Source of the DNA: Eledone cirrhosa
Lineage: Eukaryota
Assembly (NCBI GenBank): GCA_964016885.1
Contig: OZ024741.1
Coordinates: forward strand, 384,834,001 to 384,898,000
Direction of reading: 5' to 3'
DNA length: 64,000 nt
Positions 1 through 13,400 of this stretch are shown here, piece by piece; the stretch's first letter is position 1, and each line of letters begins with the position of its first letter. The notes under the pieces were generated by a model. The model searched no databases. It was given only the letters and a program-made list of their open reading frames with translations, and was not told the DNA's origin. The translations under genes were made by a program, and so were the position numbers.

Positions 1-23
1 GAGAAGGAGGTAGATAGACAGAG

Positions 24-61
<38 letters not shown>

Positions 62-120
62 GAAGAAAGAGAGAGAGAGAAAGAGAGAGAGAGGGAACAG
101 AAAAAGTTAAGAGAAGGGGA
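1..120. repeat. (GA)n microsatellite / purine-rich tract
   Basis: Direct inspection. Confidence 0.9.
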
Positions 121-319
121 AGGAAAGGCGATATACACCGAGTTGATAGTTGTAGTTTGCTGATCGTACTTAAGTATACATTTATTACGATAAGTAAGGT
201 ACTGGTTAGTAGTGGGAGGGGGGGGGGGATATAGTTAGGAAGTAAGTAATGAGTTAAATTAGTTAGCGATAAAGTGGTGTAATAGTCTCGGGTTCAAATT
301 ATGCTAAGTTACTTTTATA

Positions 320-720
320 GTGAGAAAATTTAGCCTTCAGTTTGTGGTTGCAGTATAACGATCGTTCGATTCTGTTAGTAAATTGTTTTTAGATTTCAAG
401 TTATAAAAAAGTTCAAGGTTGCATAATCTGCAGTATTTTAATCCACTCCGATATTCACTAGCGCTGGATAATTTATCCCATTTTAGGGTGAACTTCTGGT
501 TGTGTTCGCGGAGTTGCCAGATCTTATTAGCGAGTGTAGTTACATAGCGGTGTTCAGGATGTTTAATCGAAAATCGATGACGATACCAGCGTGATTTAAA
601 GGAGGTAGTAGTAGACCCATTCGTTCTGGCGATTTGGTAGTACGAGCAGCATTTGAAAATTGAGTATCTGCAAATTAATAACTACTAATTTGCATATAGC
701 ATGACTAGGCTGTGTAACTA
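320..720 (-). mobile_element. Degraded Penelope-like element, GIY-YIG endonuclease C-terminal fragment
   Basis: Manual minus-strand translation gives TSFKSRW..H, RYVTTLANKIWQLREHNQKFTLKWDKL, CRLCNLE and CNHK, the usual pattern of Penelope GIY-YIG C-termini; frameshifted. Confidence 0.6.
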
Positions 721-790
721 CTAAAGAAACATTTGTAAACACTTGGAATAAATTACCTTTTTATGATATCTATCTGTTTTGTTAATCATT

Positions 791-1160
<370 letters not shown>

Positions 1161-1769
1161 TATGTCACAATTTTCAAGAGAAAAGAAGGATAAGGCTTAA
1201 TATTACAGGGTCTATCTTTGACATGATCAACATATTTCAATTTATACTTGATTGAGAAATATATCGCAAACCAATTCACACCAATAATGAACAGAAAGTT
1301 AGAGCCAATGTTGCAGAAACAGTATGAAATGTTAGCTATCTCCTTTCAGGGCAACTAACGAAACACCAGTGACGTAACACACCATGTAACACCAGCCTCT
1401 TGTTTTTTCGTTCCAACAACCATGACGAAAATTCGATCATAATCGGTGTATCCAATTTACTGGATAATAATGGGAAAGCACGGTTTGGAAGTAACGACAG
1501 CCACACATACGCACACACAAGCCACTGGAAAGATGCATAGAAGGTAGCACAACAACGTAGAGACAGAGGAAAACAATGAAGTTTCTTTTGATCAGGACAA
1601 CAAAAGTTATATACAAATGCAAATAAAATATATTACCACTGGAAACAGGACTGGATACGGTGCAGGCAAGTTGTGCAAATGATAACGCAGAAAGGATAGA
1701 AATATAAATAGTTTCGTCACATGAAGAAGATCTAGATAGATAGATATATAGATCAAGGTAAGATCTGTT

Positions 1770-2370
1770 CATTTGGTCCCATTTTAAGTCCTGGTATCGG
1801 TTAATTTTCTCCCTCTCCTTTTCTTGCACTCTCGTGTCAAATGGGCAGGCTACATCTACAATCAGGCACGATCTTTTTTCCTCGTCAAAACCACCAGGAC
1901 AGGCCTATATGTTCTAATTTCTTGTCCATCTGTATCCTAAAATCCCATAGCACCTTCACCTGATCGTTTTCTATCACCAACTCTGGCTTATGCTTATACC
2001 ACTTCTCAGAATGTGGTAAATTGTTTACTTTGCATAGATGCCAGTGGATCACCCTGCCTATCACGTCATGTCTGCAGCCTTTATAGTGAGTCTGGGCTAG
2101 GTGTTTACACTCGGATACAGTCTCCTCTCTCTCTCCACAGATCCTACACAGTGAGCTAGCCTCCTCCTTGTAAATATGGTGTTTCACCCACTTCATTCTG
2201 AGGGCTTGCTCTTGCGCAGCCATTAGCATTCCTTCTGTAGCTTTTTTAAGGTCTCCTCTTGTTAACCAGTTCCATGTCTGTGGATCTCTAAATTCAGTTT
2301 TCCTAAAGAAGGTACTATGAAGGGATTTTTCATGAAGGTTGTTATTCCTCCTTGTTGTTATTTCCTCCTT
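1770..2370 (-). mobile_element. R4/Dong-like non-LTR retrotransposon 3' fragment (CCHC + restriction-like endonuclease)
   Basis: ORF 1885-2376: GDLKKATEGMLMAAQEQALR, CRICGEREETV, RHD, KVLWDFRIQ; continues CLIVDVACPFD..EKINRYQDL. Confidence 0.85.
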
Positions 2371-2577
2371 GGTCATCCCTGGTTCGTATTATCGTGAACT
2401 CCGCAAAGGTTTGTTGTTTTCAGTTGTTTAAAATTGCCATTTATGTAAAATTTTTATTGTTAACTGTATATAAGTGCACATACATTGTTATCTGAAAAGG
2501 ACACCCAGAAAGATGGGGCTTTGAGCCCAAAATTTAAACTTTTATAATTATCAAACAAAAATTTCTTTGAAAAAATC

Positions 2578-4519
2578 ATGGACGACTCACAGTCACACCT
2601 TCCTCACAAACTAACACCTCACATCGACACCACCATTGTAAATATTACTACGTTTGCCAACACTAAAAATATAAGCAGTAGCAATAATTTAAATTTGTCT
2701 CATGCAGACATTCATTTCCCGCCATTACCAATGACTGCAGGTGTTGAAGCCGCCACCCCCACCACCACCACAGCGACAACAGAAACAAAAGAAAAAAATA
2801 AATTATCTCGTGACATCGAAATGGATTCACCTAGAATGGACTCTTCCACATCGAACACCACTGACGCCACACAACTGAAACCACAACTGAAACTAAAAAT
2901 AACAATAACAAAAATAACGATAACAACAACAGCAACAACAACAATGAGAATAAGAAAACCACCCTGTCTTTTGCCAGAGCAGCAAAAAAGTGCGAAGCAA
3001 TCCAGGTAACTCAGGAGGAATTACATGAAGCCAAGAGAATGGTAAAGAAAGATGGGTACAGGGTCAGCCTCACCCCCCCACACCAAATAAAATGGAGCAT
3101 CGGCGCATGTGCACTGTGTCTTATCCGACGATTAACATAAAATCGCGCCGAGTGGAACGGGCATCCGAGTCCCAAATCCAAAAAGCTTTGGGACATGTGT
3201 GGGCAAAAAACCTCACATCAGACGTGGGCAGAAATATGGAACCGTGGATGTGTTCTTTGGAACACCACAGGAGGCCAGAGAACACTCAATGGCCCCATTA
3301 AGTAGTGACGACTTCACACTCGTCCCAAGCTATTGTGGCCAGAGACTCGTGAAGATCAGGGTCACCCACGTTCCACCGGCCATCGAAATTCCCTGGCTAA
3401 TGGCTGCCGTCCTCGCCAGCATCGAGGCCAACACCAAGATAATCGAAATAGCGAAAGAAAAGCAGGAGAACTGGTCCGGATCTGGGATGGAGCTCCTGAT
3501 CCAAGCGGACCAAAAAAGCATTGAGGAGATCCCAGAGGTAATAGACCTCACTGACGGCAGCCACCTCACCGTAATCGTCGAGGGCAGAAGGCCTAGGGGT
3601 GTCGTTTGTGGTGAAGGAACCCATCTAAGGGCTTTCTGCTCTCAGGCTAAAAGGTTGAGGCCACCTCTCTCCCCCATCCCAGTGATTCAACCATCAACAC
3701 CACAAGCAGAAGAGATGGCAGCAACAACTGTAGCAGCAACAACAGAAGCAACTGTAACAGCAACAACCCCAGCAACAGTAGCAAAACCAACACCACCACC
3801 ACCACCCAACGTGCCAGAACTAGCACCAGCGCCTACACCATCCACCACGCCATAACCAAAACCAACGCCTGTGGAGGATTTTCCAATCCCCGGCCTATCA
3901 CAACTGGAGACAGATTGTGACGACGAGGAGTGTGAAACGGTATCAGGAAAGAAGAAAAAAAGAAAAAGAAGCCAAAAAAGAAAAAAATCCTCTTCCTTCC
4001 CCCTCCAAAAACAAAATACAGAGGGAAACAAATAAACTATCAAACAAAAAAGTTAGGACAGCTATGCCACCATCCACACCAGCATCACCAACCCCATCAC
4101 CACAAACACCAACACCATCACCATCATTAACCCCAACACCACCATCACCAACACCACAAAAGTCCCCAAAAAGCGAAACAGAAACAAACCCACAACAAAC
4201 GCAAACAAAACAAAACAACCAAAACGATACACACTAAACAGCATTAAATTTGAACAACAATCAATTATTACACTACATCCAACACAACACCAGCATTACA
4301 GAAAAAGACTACACAACACCCCAAAAGTTCACACCACCTCCACACATACAAATCACTCACATCACACAGAAAACGTACACGACACTAAAACAAAAATCCC
4401 CCAAAGACATCGGAGACTTCCGACAAGCACTCTCCAGGAGGATTTATAAGGACATCCTTCCGAGGAGGCCACAAGCAGTGAAAAGGATGGAGAAACCATC
4501 CTTCCTCTACGAGAAGTAA
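2578..4519 (+). pseudogene. Copy A ORF1 (RNA-binding/Gag-like with CCHC knuckle), frameshifted
   Basis: ORF pieces 2578-3009, 3199-3855, 3917-4237, 4250-4519; VIVEGRRPRGVVCGEGTHLRAFC knuckle; homologous to ORF1 of other copies. Confidence 0.8.
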
Positions 4520-4558
4520 GGTAAGTGGTCTTTCCCATCTTTTCCACTCCATTTCAAC

Positions 4559-7500
4559 ATGACCTCACTCAGAATAGGCAGCATAAATGCGCGTGGCTTG
4601 GGGTCGTCATGGAAGCAGAGCCACCTGCTCAGCGACCTCAGGTCACTAAACATAGATGTAGTGGCCATCAGCGTGACCAGAATCTCCGAAGCACGGGCTT
4701 TCGCATCGATCTTCGGCGGCTACGATGTGTATGCATCCTCCAGCCGTCCTGGATCGGGAGAAGGAGTTGCTGTGGTTTTTCGGAGAGGTTTGGATCTCGC
4801 CATACGGGCCATCTTCCTGGACCCAGAAGGTAAGTTGGTGGTGCTGGACGTGACCAGCGGAGACGGGCAAGCTTTCAGGCTAGTGGCCGTCTATGCCCCG
4901 GCAGGAGCAGGGCGGCCTGATTTCTTCCAGCGTCTGGAGACCTTTCTTGGAACGTCCCGCTCTTTAGTGTTAGTGGGCGACTGGAACGGGACTATGTGGG
5001 ATTAGCGGATAGGGGAGGAGGGTGCAAGAGCCTCACCAACCTGCTCAGGCGTTTTGAACTGTCTGACAGGTACCGATTGGATTGCCCGAATGTGCCAATG
5101 TGGACTTGGAAAAACCGCATAGGGTCATCCAGATCATATCTAGATAGAGTATTTTGTAGGGAAATAGATAGATCTAGCATAGGCTGTCCACAATTCAAGA
5201 TAGTCAGCTACACGGACCACCAATTCGTGATCTGTGTGCTTCACTTAGATAGGCTTCATAGACGAGGACCCGGCTACTGGAAGCTAAACGCGTCCTTACC
5301 AGCGCGCAAGGCCTACAGAGACCGGATTAGCGAACTAGTTAAGCAGGCGTTGACGGGGGTCATCGTCAACAACAAGTGGTGGTTTACTCTGAAAAGAGCG
5401 ATGAGAATAGAGTCCATTAGGTTTAGTAAAGCTTTAGCAATAGAGAAAAATAGAGCAGAGGGAGAACTAGTTAGAAAATTAGACGAGGCGCTTAGCAAAG
5501 GCATCGCGACCGACAAAATTGGCATCGCGATCAAGGCGAATTTGGCCCTTGACCAATTCTTCAATGCAAAGCACGAAGGCTGCGTTGTCAGAGCTAGGGT
5601 GTGTGCTCTCAGACACGAGGGGACGAACGCCGTTCAATGGGCCCGAGTGGCGGAGGCGCGTCGTGGCAACAAAGCCACGATCCGGTCTTTGGTGACCACG
5701 ACGGGCGCATGCTACTCGATCCCGGGAAAATGTATGACGCTTTTTTACGACACTTCGCTCAGCTGTTCGGGGGCAGCGGCGGGCCGGATCGAGGGATGGA
5801 CTTTAGTGTCTACCTCGACGGACTGCCGCGGCTCTCGGCCACTGAGGCGGAGTGTTGCGAAAAGCCGATAACAGCCGCTGAAGTACGGGAGGCAATGACT
5901 GGCTGCACAAGGGGTAAATCGCCTAATTTGGATGGTCTGCTCTATGAACTTTACGTACAGATGCCAGACTTGTTCGGAGGCCTCTTGGCGGATGTCTACT
6001 GCAACTGACAACAGAACGGGAGAATTCCCAGCTCTGTGAGCCGAGGAGCTGTGGCGCTGCTGAGAAAGGATCCGAACTAGGGGGATAACATAGATAATTC
6101 AGGCCCATAACCCTGCTAAACACAGAGTTCAAGATTTTGGCCAAGGTGCTAGCAAAGAGGTTGGCGCTTGTCGTTGGTGGTCTGGTGGGAGAGGCGCAGA
6201 CATGTGCCATTCCCGACAGATCCATCCACGACAACCCCCACCTCATGCGATACATCGTAGAGAGGGTAGCTAGAAAGCCTGGCACGAGTGAGTCCTTGAT
6301 CAATTTAGATCAGTCGAAAGCTTTCGATAGGGTCAACCATCGTTACCTAGCGAGCCCGTCTTCAGAGGCTGGATCGCTGCCATGCACAGCGACATCTGCT
6401 CTGTGGTGAGAGTGAACGCTCACCTTTCGGAACCGTTCAACATCATGCGCTCGGTCCGCCAAGGATGTCCCGTCTCGTCCCTCTTGTACGTATTGACTCT
6501 CGAGCCATTACTGCACAAACTGGAGACATTGAGGGGTTCCCGCGCGAACTAGAATGCGGAAGATCCGTGTCAGCATATGCGGACGATGTCACCGTAGTGA
6601 TGTCGAACGCCAAACACATCGAGGCGATCGGCACTACACTAAGAGAATACGAAGCGGTGACAGGAGCAATGATCAACCAGGAAAAGTCAGTGGGCCTGCA
6701 GCTCGGCACCTGGAGAGGCAGGTCCATGCCGTCCAACAGCGTCGTCGGGCGCTGGACGGACGGACCGGTTAAATTGCTAGGGGTCTGGTTGGGTCCAGAC
6801 CTCCAGACGGACAAAAACTGGGACGAGGTGATGAGCAGGGTGGCTTCTCTCACCCAGAAATGGGCGGAGAGGAAGCTATCCCTGAAGGTCGAGCGGAGGT
6901 GGCGAACGCGTACATCGCGGTCGTCATCTACTACCTCCTGACCGTCGTACCTTGTCCTAAGCCCCGCCTGACTGCGCTGGAGCATTTGCTCTTTCGCTTT
7001 TTGTGGAAGGGACGCGCTCCGATGGACAGGCGGTCCATCTGCTGTCAACACCCGCTACGTGGAGGGCTGGGCATGCCGTGGCTGATGATGCGCAGACACG
7101 CGCTCAGGCTACGACATCTCCACCTCTTCCTCGACGGTGATCAGGTGTCGTCGCCGTTTTCTAGACGCGTCTTTCCCCAGCTCGTTTCCTTGACGGAGCT
7201 GCAGTCCTGGGTCAAGCGAAGACCGAGAGGGAGCGCTTGGAGACTGGAATGTCTTCAGGCGCTCACAGCCCTCGACCAATCGGGCAATGTGATCGGTGGA
7301 AACTCCACCTTGGCGTTCTATAGAGGATTAGTGGAGGGGAAGAGCGACGACGTACTTGGGGAAACTCTAGGTGTCGACGAAAATCAACTAGCCAATCTCT
7401 TCGGAAGAACTTTCGGGCCGGGGCCTATGGACAACTTCCAGAAATCCCTGGCCTGGCAGTGCTACCGAGGAGCTTTGCCAGTTCGGGATAAACTCTACAG

Positions 7501-7942
7501 GCATGGAGGTGTCGTCAGCCGGGCATGTCCGAGAGGCGCGCAGAGCGACGAAACCGTCCTGCACGCACTCGTCCAGTGTCCGAGCATTGCTGACTTGTGG
7601 GTTTATGTCGAACACCTGCTGTCGCGTATCGGACGGATCCAGCTATCAGCTGAGTCCATTGTGAGGATTGCCCTGCCCTCTCCCTTTAGCCGGGAAGGGC
7701 AGGCAGTTTTCATCTGTCTGGTGGCCATGGCGAAAGAGATAGTATGGTGGACACGTTTGAAAGGGCTGAAGACGAGCACTTACCTCTTCGGTGATGCCCT
7801 GATTAACTTTTTCAAATTTCATTTGAAAAGGAAAATCAGGGTAGAGAGGGAAGTGCTCTCTTCCCAGCATTTTGTTGAAAGATGGGTGAGAGAAGCAAGT
7901 ATGGCCCGAGTGAATGGGCCTACTCTGAGTATGTGTCTGTAA
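4559..7942 (+). pseudogene. Copy A ORF2 (AP endonuclease, reverse transcriptase, C-terminal CCHC), frameshifted
   Basis: SINARGL, LVGDWN, SYLDR, TDH, GYWKLN, LDQSKAFDRV, AYADD, ETVLHALVQC. Confidence 0.95.
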
Positions 7943-8192
7943 ATTAAAGGTGGAAAACTGGGAGAGGGCACTTGCCCTGGTGGTCAGGGTCACTGTGGCC
8001 TTTTAATGGGCTTTCTCCACAAATGTCCCTCGGAAGTCTCCCCCCTATTGGGGAATTTTTCATTGTTACTTTTTGTTACATCCTCTGTTTTTGTTTTTTT
8101 ACACGCAGAAATGCCCATTTGTACTGTCCTGTATTGTCCTGTACTGTTGTTAATGTCTACTTTATGTAAACCCTTGTGGTTAATAAAGAAAG

Positions 8193-8217
8193 TATTATTA
8201 TTATTATTATTATTATT
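8193..8217 (+). repeat. (TAT)n tract joining the 3' end of copy A to the 5' end of copy B
   Basis: Direct inspection. Confidence 0.9.
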
Positions 8218-8419
8218 GGTCTAAGCGGACGTATTTTGCTCGCTCCCAGTAAGTCGCTTTATTTACCTTTTAAAATTATTTGTTGTTAAATATTTCTTGT
8301 GTAAGAGATATAAGCCCTTAGACTTTGCCCTGTGAAGGGGAAAGTATAATATTTGGGCCTTTTGGCCCAAATATTTGAATTTTCTTTACATGTTAAAACA
8401 TTTACGGAGAAAAAAAAAC

Positions 8420-10376
8420 ATGGCTGAGCCACGCCCTCCAGCGATATGTCTGCTGTCGTGCGACAACGACGTAGAAGTTGAGAGGAGCGCTACAGCGAAA
8501 TCAACACGCATTGATAACACAAATACCACCACAAACAATGTAAACAAAGACACCAATGATACCAATGAGAACTCTAATTTTGAAAAAAATGACAGTAACA
8601 GCGACAACGAAAATACAGATAACAAAAAAAACAAAAACAAATACAACAACAATATCAACACCACTAATATGAAAACAAATAGCGACAACACCAACAGCAA
8701 CAATACCAACTGCACCGAGAACAACGGTGGCAACAAAGACAACAATGATAACAGCGACAGTGCTAACAACAACACCAACAAGAACAACGACAACGACCAC
8801 AACACCCCCAACGAAAACAAGAAGAACACTTTCGCTGCGGCAGCAGCAAAAAATAGGCCATGCTTCAACATGGACCTCTCAAACAAAGGTGAAAAGTTGG
8901 CCCAGGCACGGAAGCTCATCAAGCAAGAGCAAACCTGGGCCAACTTAACTGTCCCGGTAGAAGTTATTGAGGCAGTGGAGCGCAGAACGGTGCATTATAG
9001 ATGCATCTCAGCACAAACCAAAAGGGCAGCTTTAATCCCACAAGAAGATGTCGAAGTCGCGCTGAGGTGCATCAGAAAAGACACCGAATACATAGAGAGG
9101 GGCAGACAGTACGGCACCATTTCGGTGTTGTTCAAGTCAGAAGCCCTCGCTATGACTCCTTGCAAAACCAGCAAGGTCATAATGTACCCCTCCCACATGG
9201 GAAGAAGAACGGCCCGTCTCCGCATTCCCAGAATCCCACCAGGACTTGACATGTGGTGGCTTCTGGGATGTGTGATTGTGGAGGGGACGGATACCGTCCC
9301 TATAGAAGTGACCAGAACGGCCAGAGAGGACTGGTCCGGGGTTGAGCTGGAGAATGTGAAGACAATCCCGGACCACATCCGCCTTCAGAGTGGGACGGTC
9401 ATTCACATTATGACCGAAGGCAAAAGGACGCAGTGTTTTGTTTGTGGGGAAAAAATCCATTTGCGAGCCTTCTGCCCTCAACTGCTGAAAGAGGCAAGGG
9501 GTCGAAAGGCTCCACTGCTGCCGACGCCGGGGCGAGGACCACAACCAACACCAGCACCGACAAAACCACCAACAACAACACCAATAGAAAGACCACCACC
9601 AACATTGACCACCCAGGGGGGAGACGAGGAAAGCTGTCAAATTCTCCCCCCCCCCAAAAAAAAAAATACACACACCAATAAAACCATAAACATACATACA
9701 GACACACTTACAGACACAGACCCCTCATCTACCAGTAGTGAAGATGAGGGAAAACCAAAATCCCCCAAAATACAAAAAAGTAAACACAAGAAGAAAAAAA
9801 AACTCAACAAAGCACAAAAGCACCCATAATAAAAAAAACGCAGACACCACCCACGCAAACATCTCTCCAATAACACCAATATCAACACCACCATCACCAT
9901 CACCAGAATCCCCCAAACGCAAACAACCGAAACAGACGCAAGAACAAATATACACACAAACATCTGAAACCACAGACACCGCACTCACAACAAACACAGA
10001 TACAACCGAAACAACACCACCAAAACCATCACCACCACAGCCACGCAAACAAATAAAATCATACCAACAAAACATACAAAACTTCGTGCTCGTCAGGAGG
10101 GCCAACAAGGAACTGATGGCCCTCGTAGCACGAAGTGAAAATATACAAAAAGAGAGGGAAATCTTTAAATCGAGCACATTTCGCGTGCCGGAAGATTTGG
10201 TTCTGGCGCGAATGGCGCTCGATATATTCAAAGAAATACGAGACAGCTTTCCTCGGGACGTGGGAACCCCGAACGTAAAACCCACTTCAAGACTTTTAAA
10301 GGGGTTCCCAAAAGAAACCCCACCAACTATGGAGGTCGAACAACCCGACCTTCACAAGAGCCCGGAAGGTAAGTAA
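8420..10376 (+). pseudogene. Copy B ORF1 (Asn-rich N-terminus, central domain, CCHC knuckle, Pro/Thr/Lys-rich tail), one frameshift
   Basis: ORFs 8375-9829 and 9738-10376; CFVCGEKIHLRAFC; ATG in AACATGG context. Confidence 0.88.
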
Positions 10377-10407
10377 ACTTTCCTCTCTCTCTTTTTAACC
10401 TGCCAAC

Positions 10408-13400
10408 ATGGCCGTATTAAGAGTAGAAAGTTTAAATGTTCGAGGCCTGGGATCGTCCTGGAAGCAGGGTCACCTGCTCAACGACCTCAGGTCTATAGAA
10501 ATGGATGTAATTGCCGTCAGCGAGACCAGGATTTTCGACACGCGCGCACTAGCCCCCATTTTCGACGACTATCAGATTTTTGCATCTGTGAACCGGCCGG
10601 GAATGGGAGGCGGGGTGGCAGTGCTGTTTAGGAAAGGCCTGGATCTCGAGGTAAGGTCGATCTTCCGGGACCTGGACGGGAAGTTGGTGGTCCTGGACGT
10701 GAACAATAACGAAGGTGGTGCCTTTAGACTGGTGGTCGTCTACACCCCTACTGGGGCAGGACGGCCGGACTTCTTTAGACGCCTGGAAGCCTTTCTGGGT
10801 ACGTCTCGCCCTTTACTGTTAGCGGGGGACTGGAACGGCATCTTAGACGCACGCTGGGACTGTGTGGGAGTATCTGATAGGAGCGGGGGTGGGTGGGGGT
10901 GGGGGTGTGGTATGGTGGTGCAAAAGCCTCAAGAACATGATCAGCCAGTTCCAACTGCCTGACAGGTACCGACTAGATTTCCCTAATGCGCCAGTGTGGA
11001 CCTGGGCTAACCGCATAGGGTCATCTAGATCGTATATAGACAGGATATTCATTAGGAAAATAGACAGAAATAGTGTAAGCTGTCCACGTTTTGAAACGGT
11101 CGCCTATTCATTTCATAAGTTTGTGATATGTATGGTCGACCTAGATAAGACGCGTAGGTTAGGACCTGGTTACTGGAAGCTAAACATGTCATTTCCGGCA
11201 TGTAAGGCTTACGGTTACCAGGTCAATTTAGTTAAGAAAAAGTTGACAGGGGGAGTCGTCAACAATAGATGGTGGGGGGCTCTCAAAAGAGAGATTAGAG
11301 TAATGTCGATAGAGTTTAGCAAAGAGGTAGCGTTAGAGAAAAATAGAAAGGAGGGGGAGTTGGTAGATAAGTAAGACGAGGCTATTGGTAGTGGCATTGC
11401 AACTGACGTGCTAGCGGCGAGAATGGCATTAGACCATTTCTTCAATGCGAAACACGAAGGTTGCATTGTCAGAGCTAAGGCGCGTGCTCTGAGAAACGAG
11501 GGAACCAAAGCTGTTCGATGGGCCCGCTGGGCCCGCGTGGCAGAGGCGCAGCGTGGTAATAAAACAACGATTCGGTCTTTGACGGACCGAGACGGGCACG
11601 AGCTGAACGATTTCAAGAGGATGTGTGAGGCCTTTCGCCAACATTCTGCTCGGTTGTTCGGGGGAAGTGGCGGGTCAGAGATGATGGCGGACTTCAGTCC
11701 CTACCTCGATGGCTTGCCGCAACTCTCGACGGCTGACGCTGGGCGCTGCGAAAGGCCAATTACTTCAGCCAAGATTCAGGATGCCCTTGTCGGCTGCATG
11801 AGGCGCAAGTCACCCGGTTTGGATGGTCTGCCCTACGAGCTTTACGTAAATATGCCAGACTTGTTCTCCAATCTCTTCGAAGCCCTCTACTGCAACTGGC
11901 AGCAAAACGGGAGTATTCCCAGTTCTGTGAGCCGGGGCGTAGTGACGCTGATAAGGAAAGACGAGAACAAGAGGGACACATTAGACAATTTCAGGCCCAT
12001 AACTCTGCTCAACACAGAGTTTAAGATTTTGGCCAGGGTGTTAGCGAAGAGGTTGGCGCTTGTCGTCGGGGATTTGGTTGCGCAATCCAAACAAGGTCCA
12101 TACACGACAACCTCGACCTAATGCGATACATAATAGAGAGGGTAGGGTGTAAACCTGGCTTCGGTGGGGCTCTGATCAATTTAGATCAATCGAAAGCATT
12201 CGATAGGGTCGACCATCGGTACCTGGAGGCTGTCCTCAAGGCGGCTGGCTTCGGCCTCGTCTTCAGAAGCTGGATCGCTGCAATGCACAGCGGCATCTGC
12301 TCGATGGTCAAAATTAATGGCCACCTCTCGGAACCGTTTCAGGTCTCCCGATCGGTCCGTCAAGTGTGCCCTCTCTCCTCCCTTCTGTACGTATTGACTC
12401 TCGAGCCTTTACTGCGGAAGCTGGAGCTATTGCAGGGCATCCCGATCGAACCGGGACGCGGAAAGGCTGTGACGGCTTATGCGGACGACATCACCGAAAT
12501 CGCGGTGGTCGGCAACTTATTGGAGGAATATGAAAGGTTGACGGGAGCAAAACTTAACCCGGAAAAGTCGGTGGGCTTGCAACTCGGCACCTGGAGAGGC
12601 AAGTCCATGCCGTCCAACAGCATCGTTGGGCGCTGGCCGGACGGACCGGTAAAGTTGCTAGGGGTTTGGTTCGGGCCAGACCTCCAGAGGCTGCGGCATC
12701 TCTAGATATTCTGCCTAAACGGTGAACAGGTGTGGTCGCCGTTTGTCAGACGGGCCTTTCCGCAGCTCATTTCTTTGACTGAGTTGCAGTCCTGGGTCAA
12801 GAAGAGGCCGAGACTGGGTGACTGGCATCTGGAATGTTGCCAGGCACTCACTGCCCTCTACCAGGCGGGCAATGCGGTCAGTGGAACTTCCACTCTCGAG
12901 TTCTATAGAGGATTAGTGGTGGGCAAGTGCGACGACGCACTCGGAGAGGCTCTGGGAGTCAACGAAGTCGAACTAACCAGTCTGTACCGGAGGACTTTCG
13001 AGCCGGGGACGATGGATAATTTCCAAAAATCCCACGCTTGGCAGTGCTACCGGGGGCACTGCTGGTTCGAGATAAACTCTACAGGCACGGAAGTGCTGTC
13101 AGACGGACCTGCCCGAGATGCGCGCAGAGCGACGAAACCGTTCTGCACGCACTCGTCCAGTGTCCGTGCATTACTGACTTGTGGAGTTATGTTGAACAGC
13201 TGTTGTCGCGTGTAGGACGGATCCGGCTATCGGCCGAGTCCATAGTGAAGATCGATCCGCCGCCTTCTTTTGACCAGGAAGGGCAGGCAATTTTCCTCTG
13301 TCTGGTGGCAGTAGCGAAAGAGGTTGTATGGTGGACGAGGTTGAAAGGACTGAAGACAGACACTTCTCTCTTCGGCCAATCCCTCATCAACTTTTTCAAG

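Larger units (their letters stand above)
2371..8192 (+). mobile_element. L1/Tx1-clade LINE, copy A (near full length, inactivated)
   Basis: 5' UTR, ORF1 with zinc knuckle, APE-RT-CCHC ORF2, 3' UTR ending AATAAAGAAAG followed by (TAT)n; 5' boundary approximate. Confidence 0.92.

Noticed and set aside
8386-8943. Leu/Val-rich membrane-like antisense ORFs (also 24924-25400, 54240-54530, 58566-59240)
   Set aside because: Reverse complement of the AAC-rich ORF1 N-terminus; lack of stops is compositional
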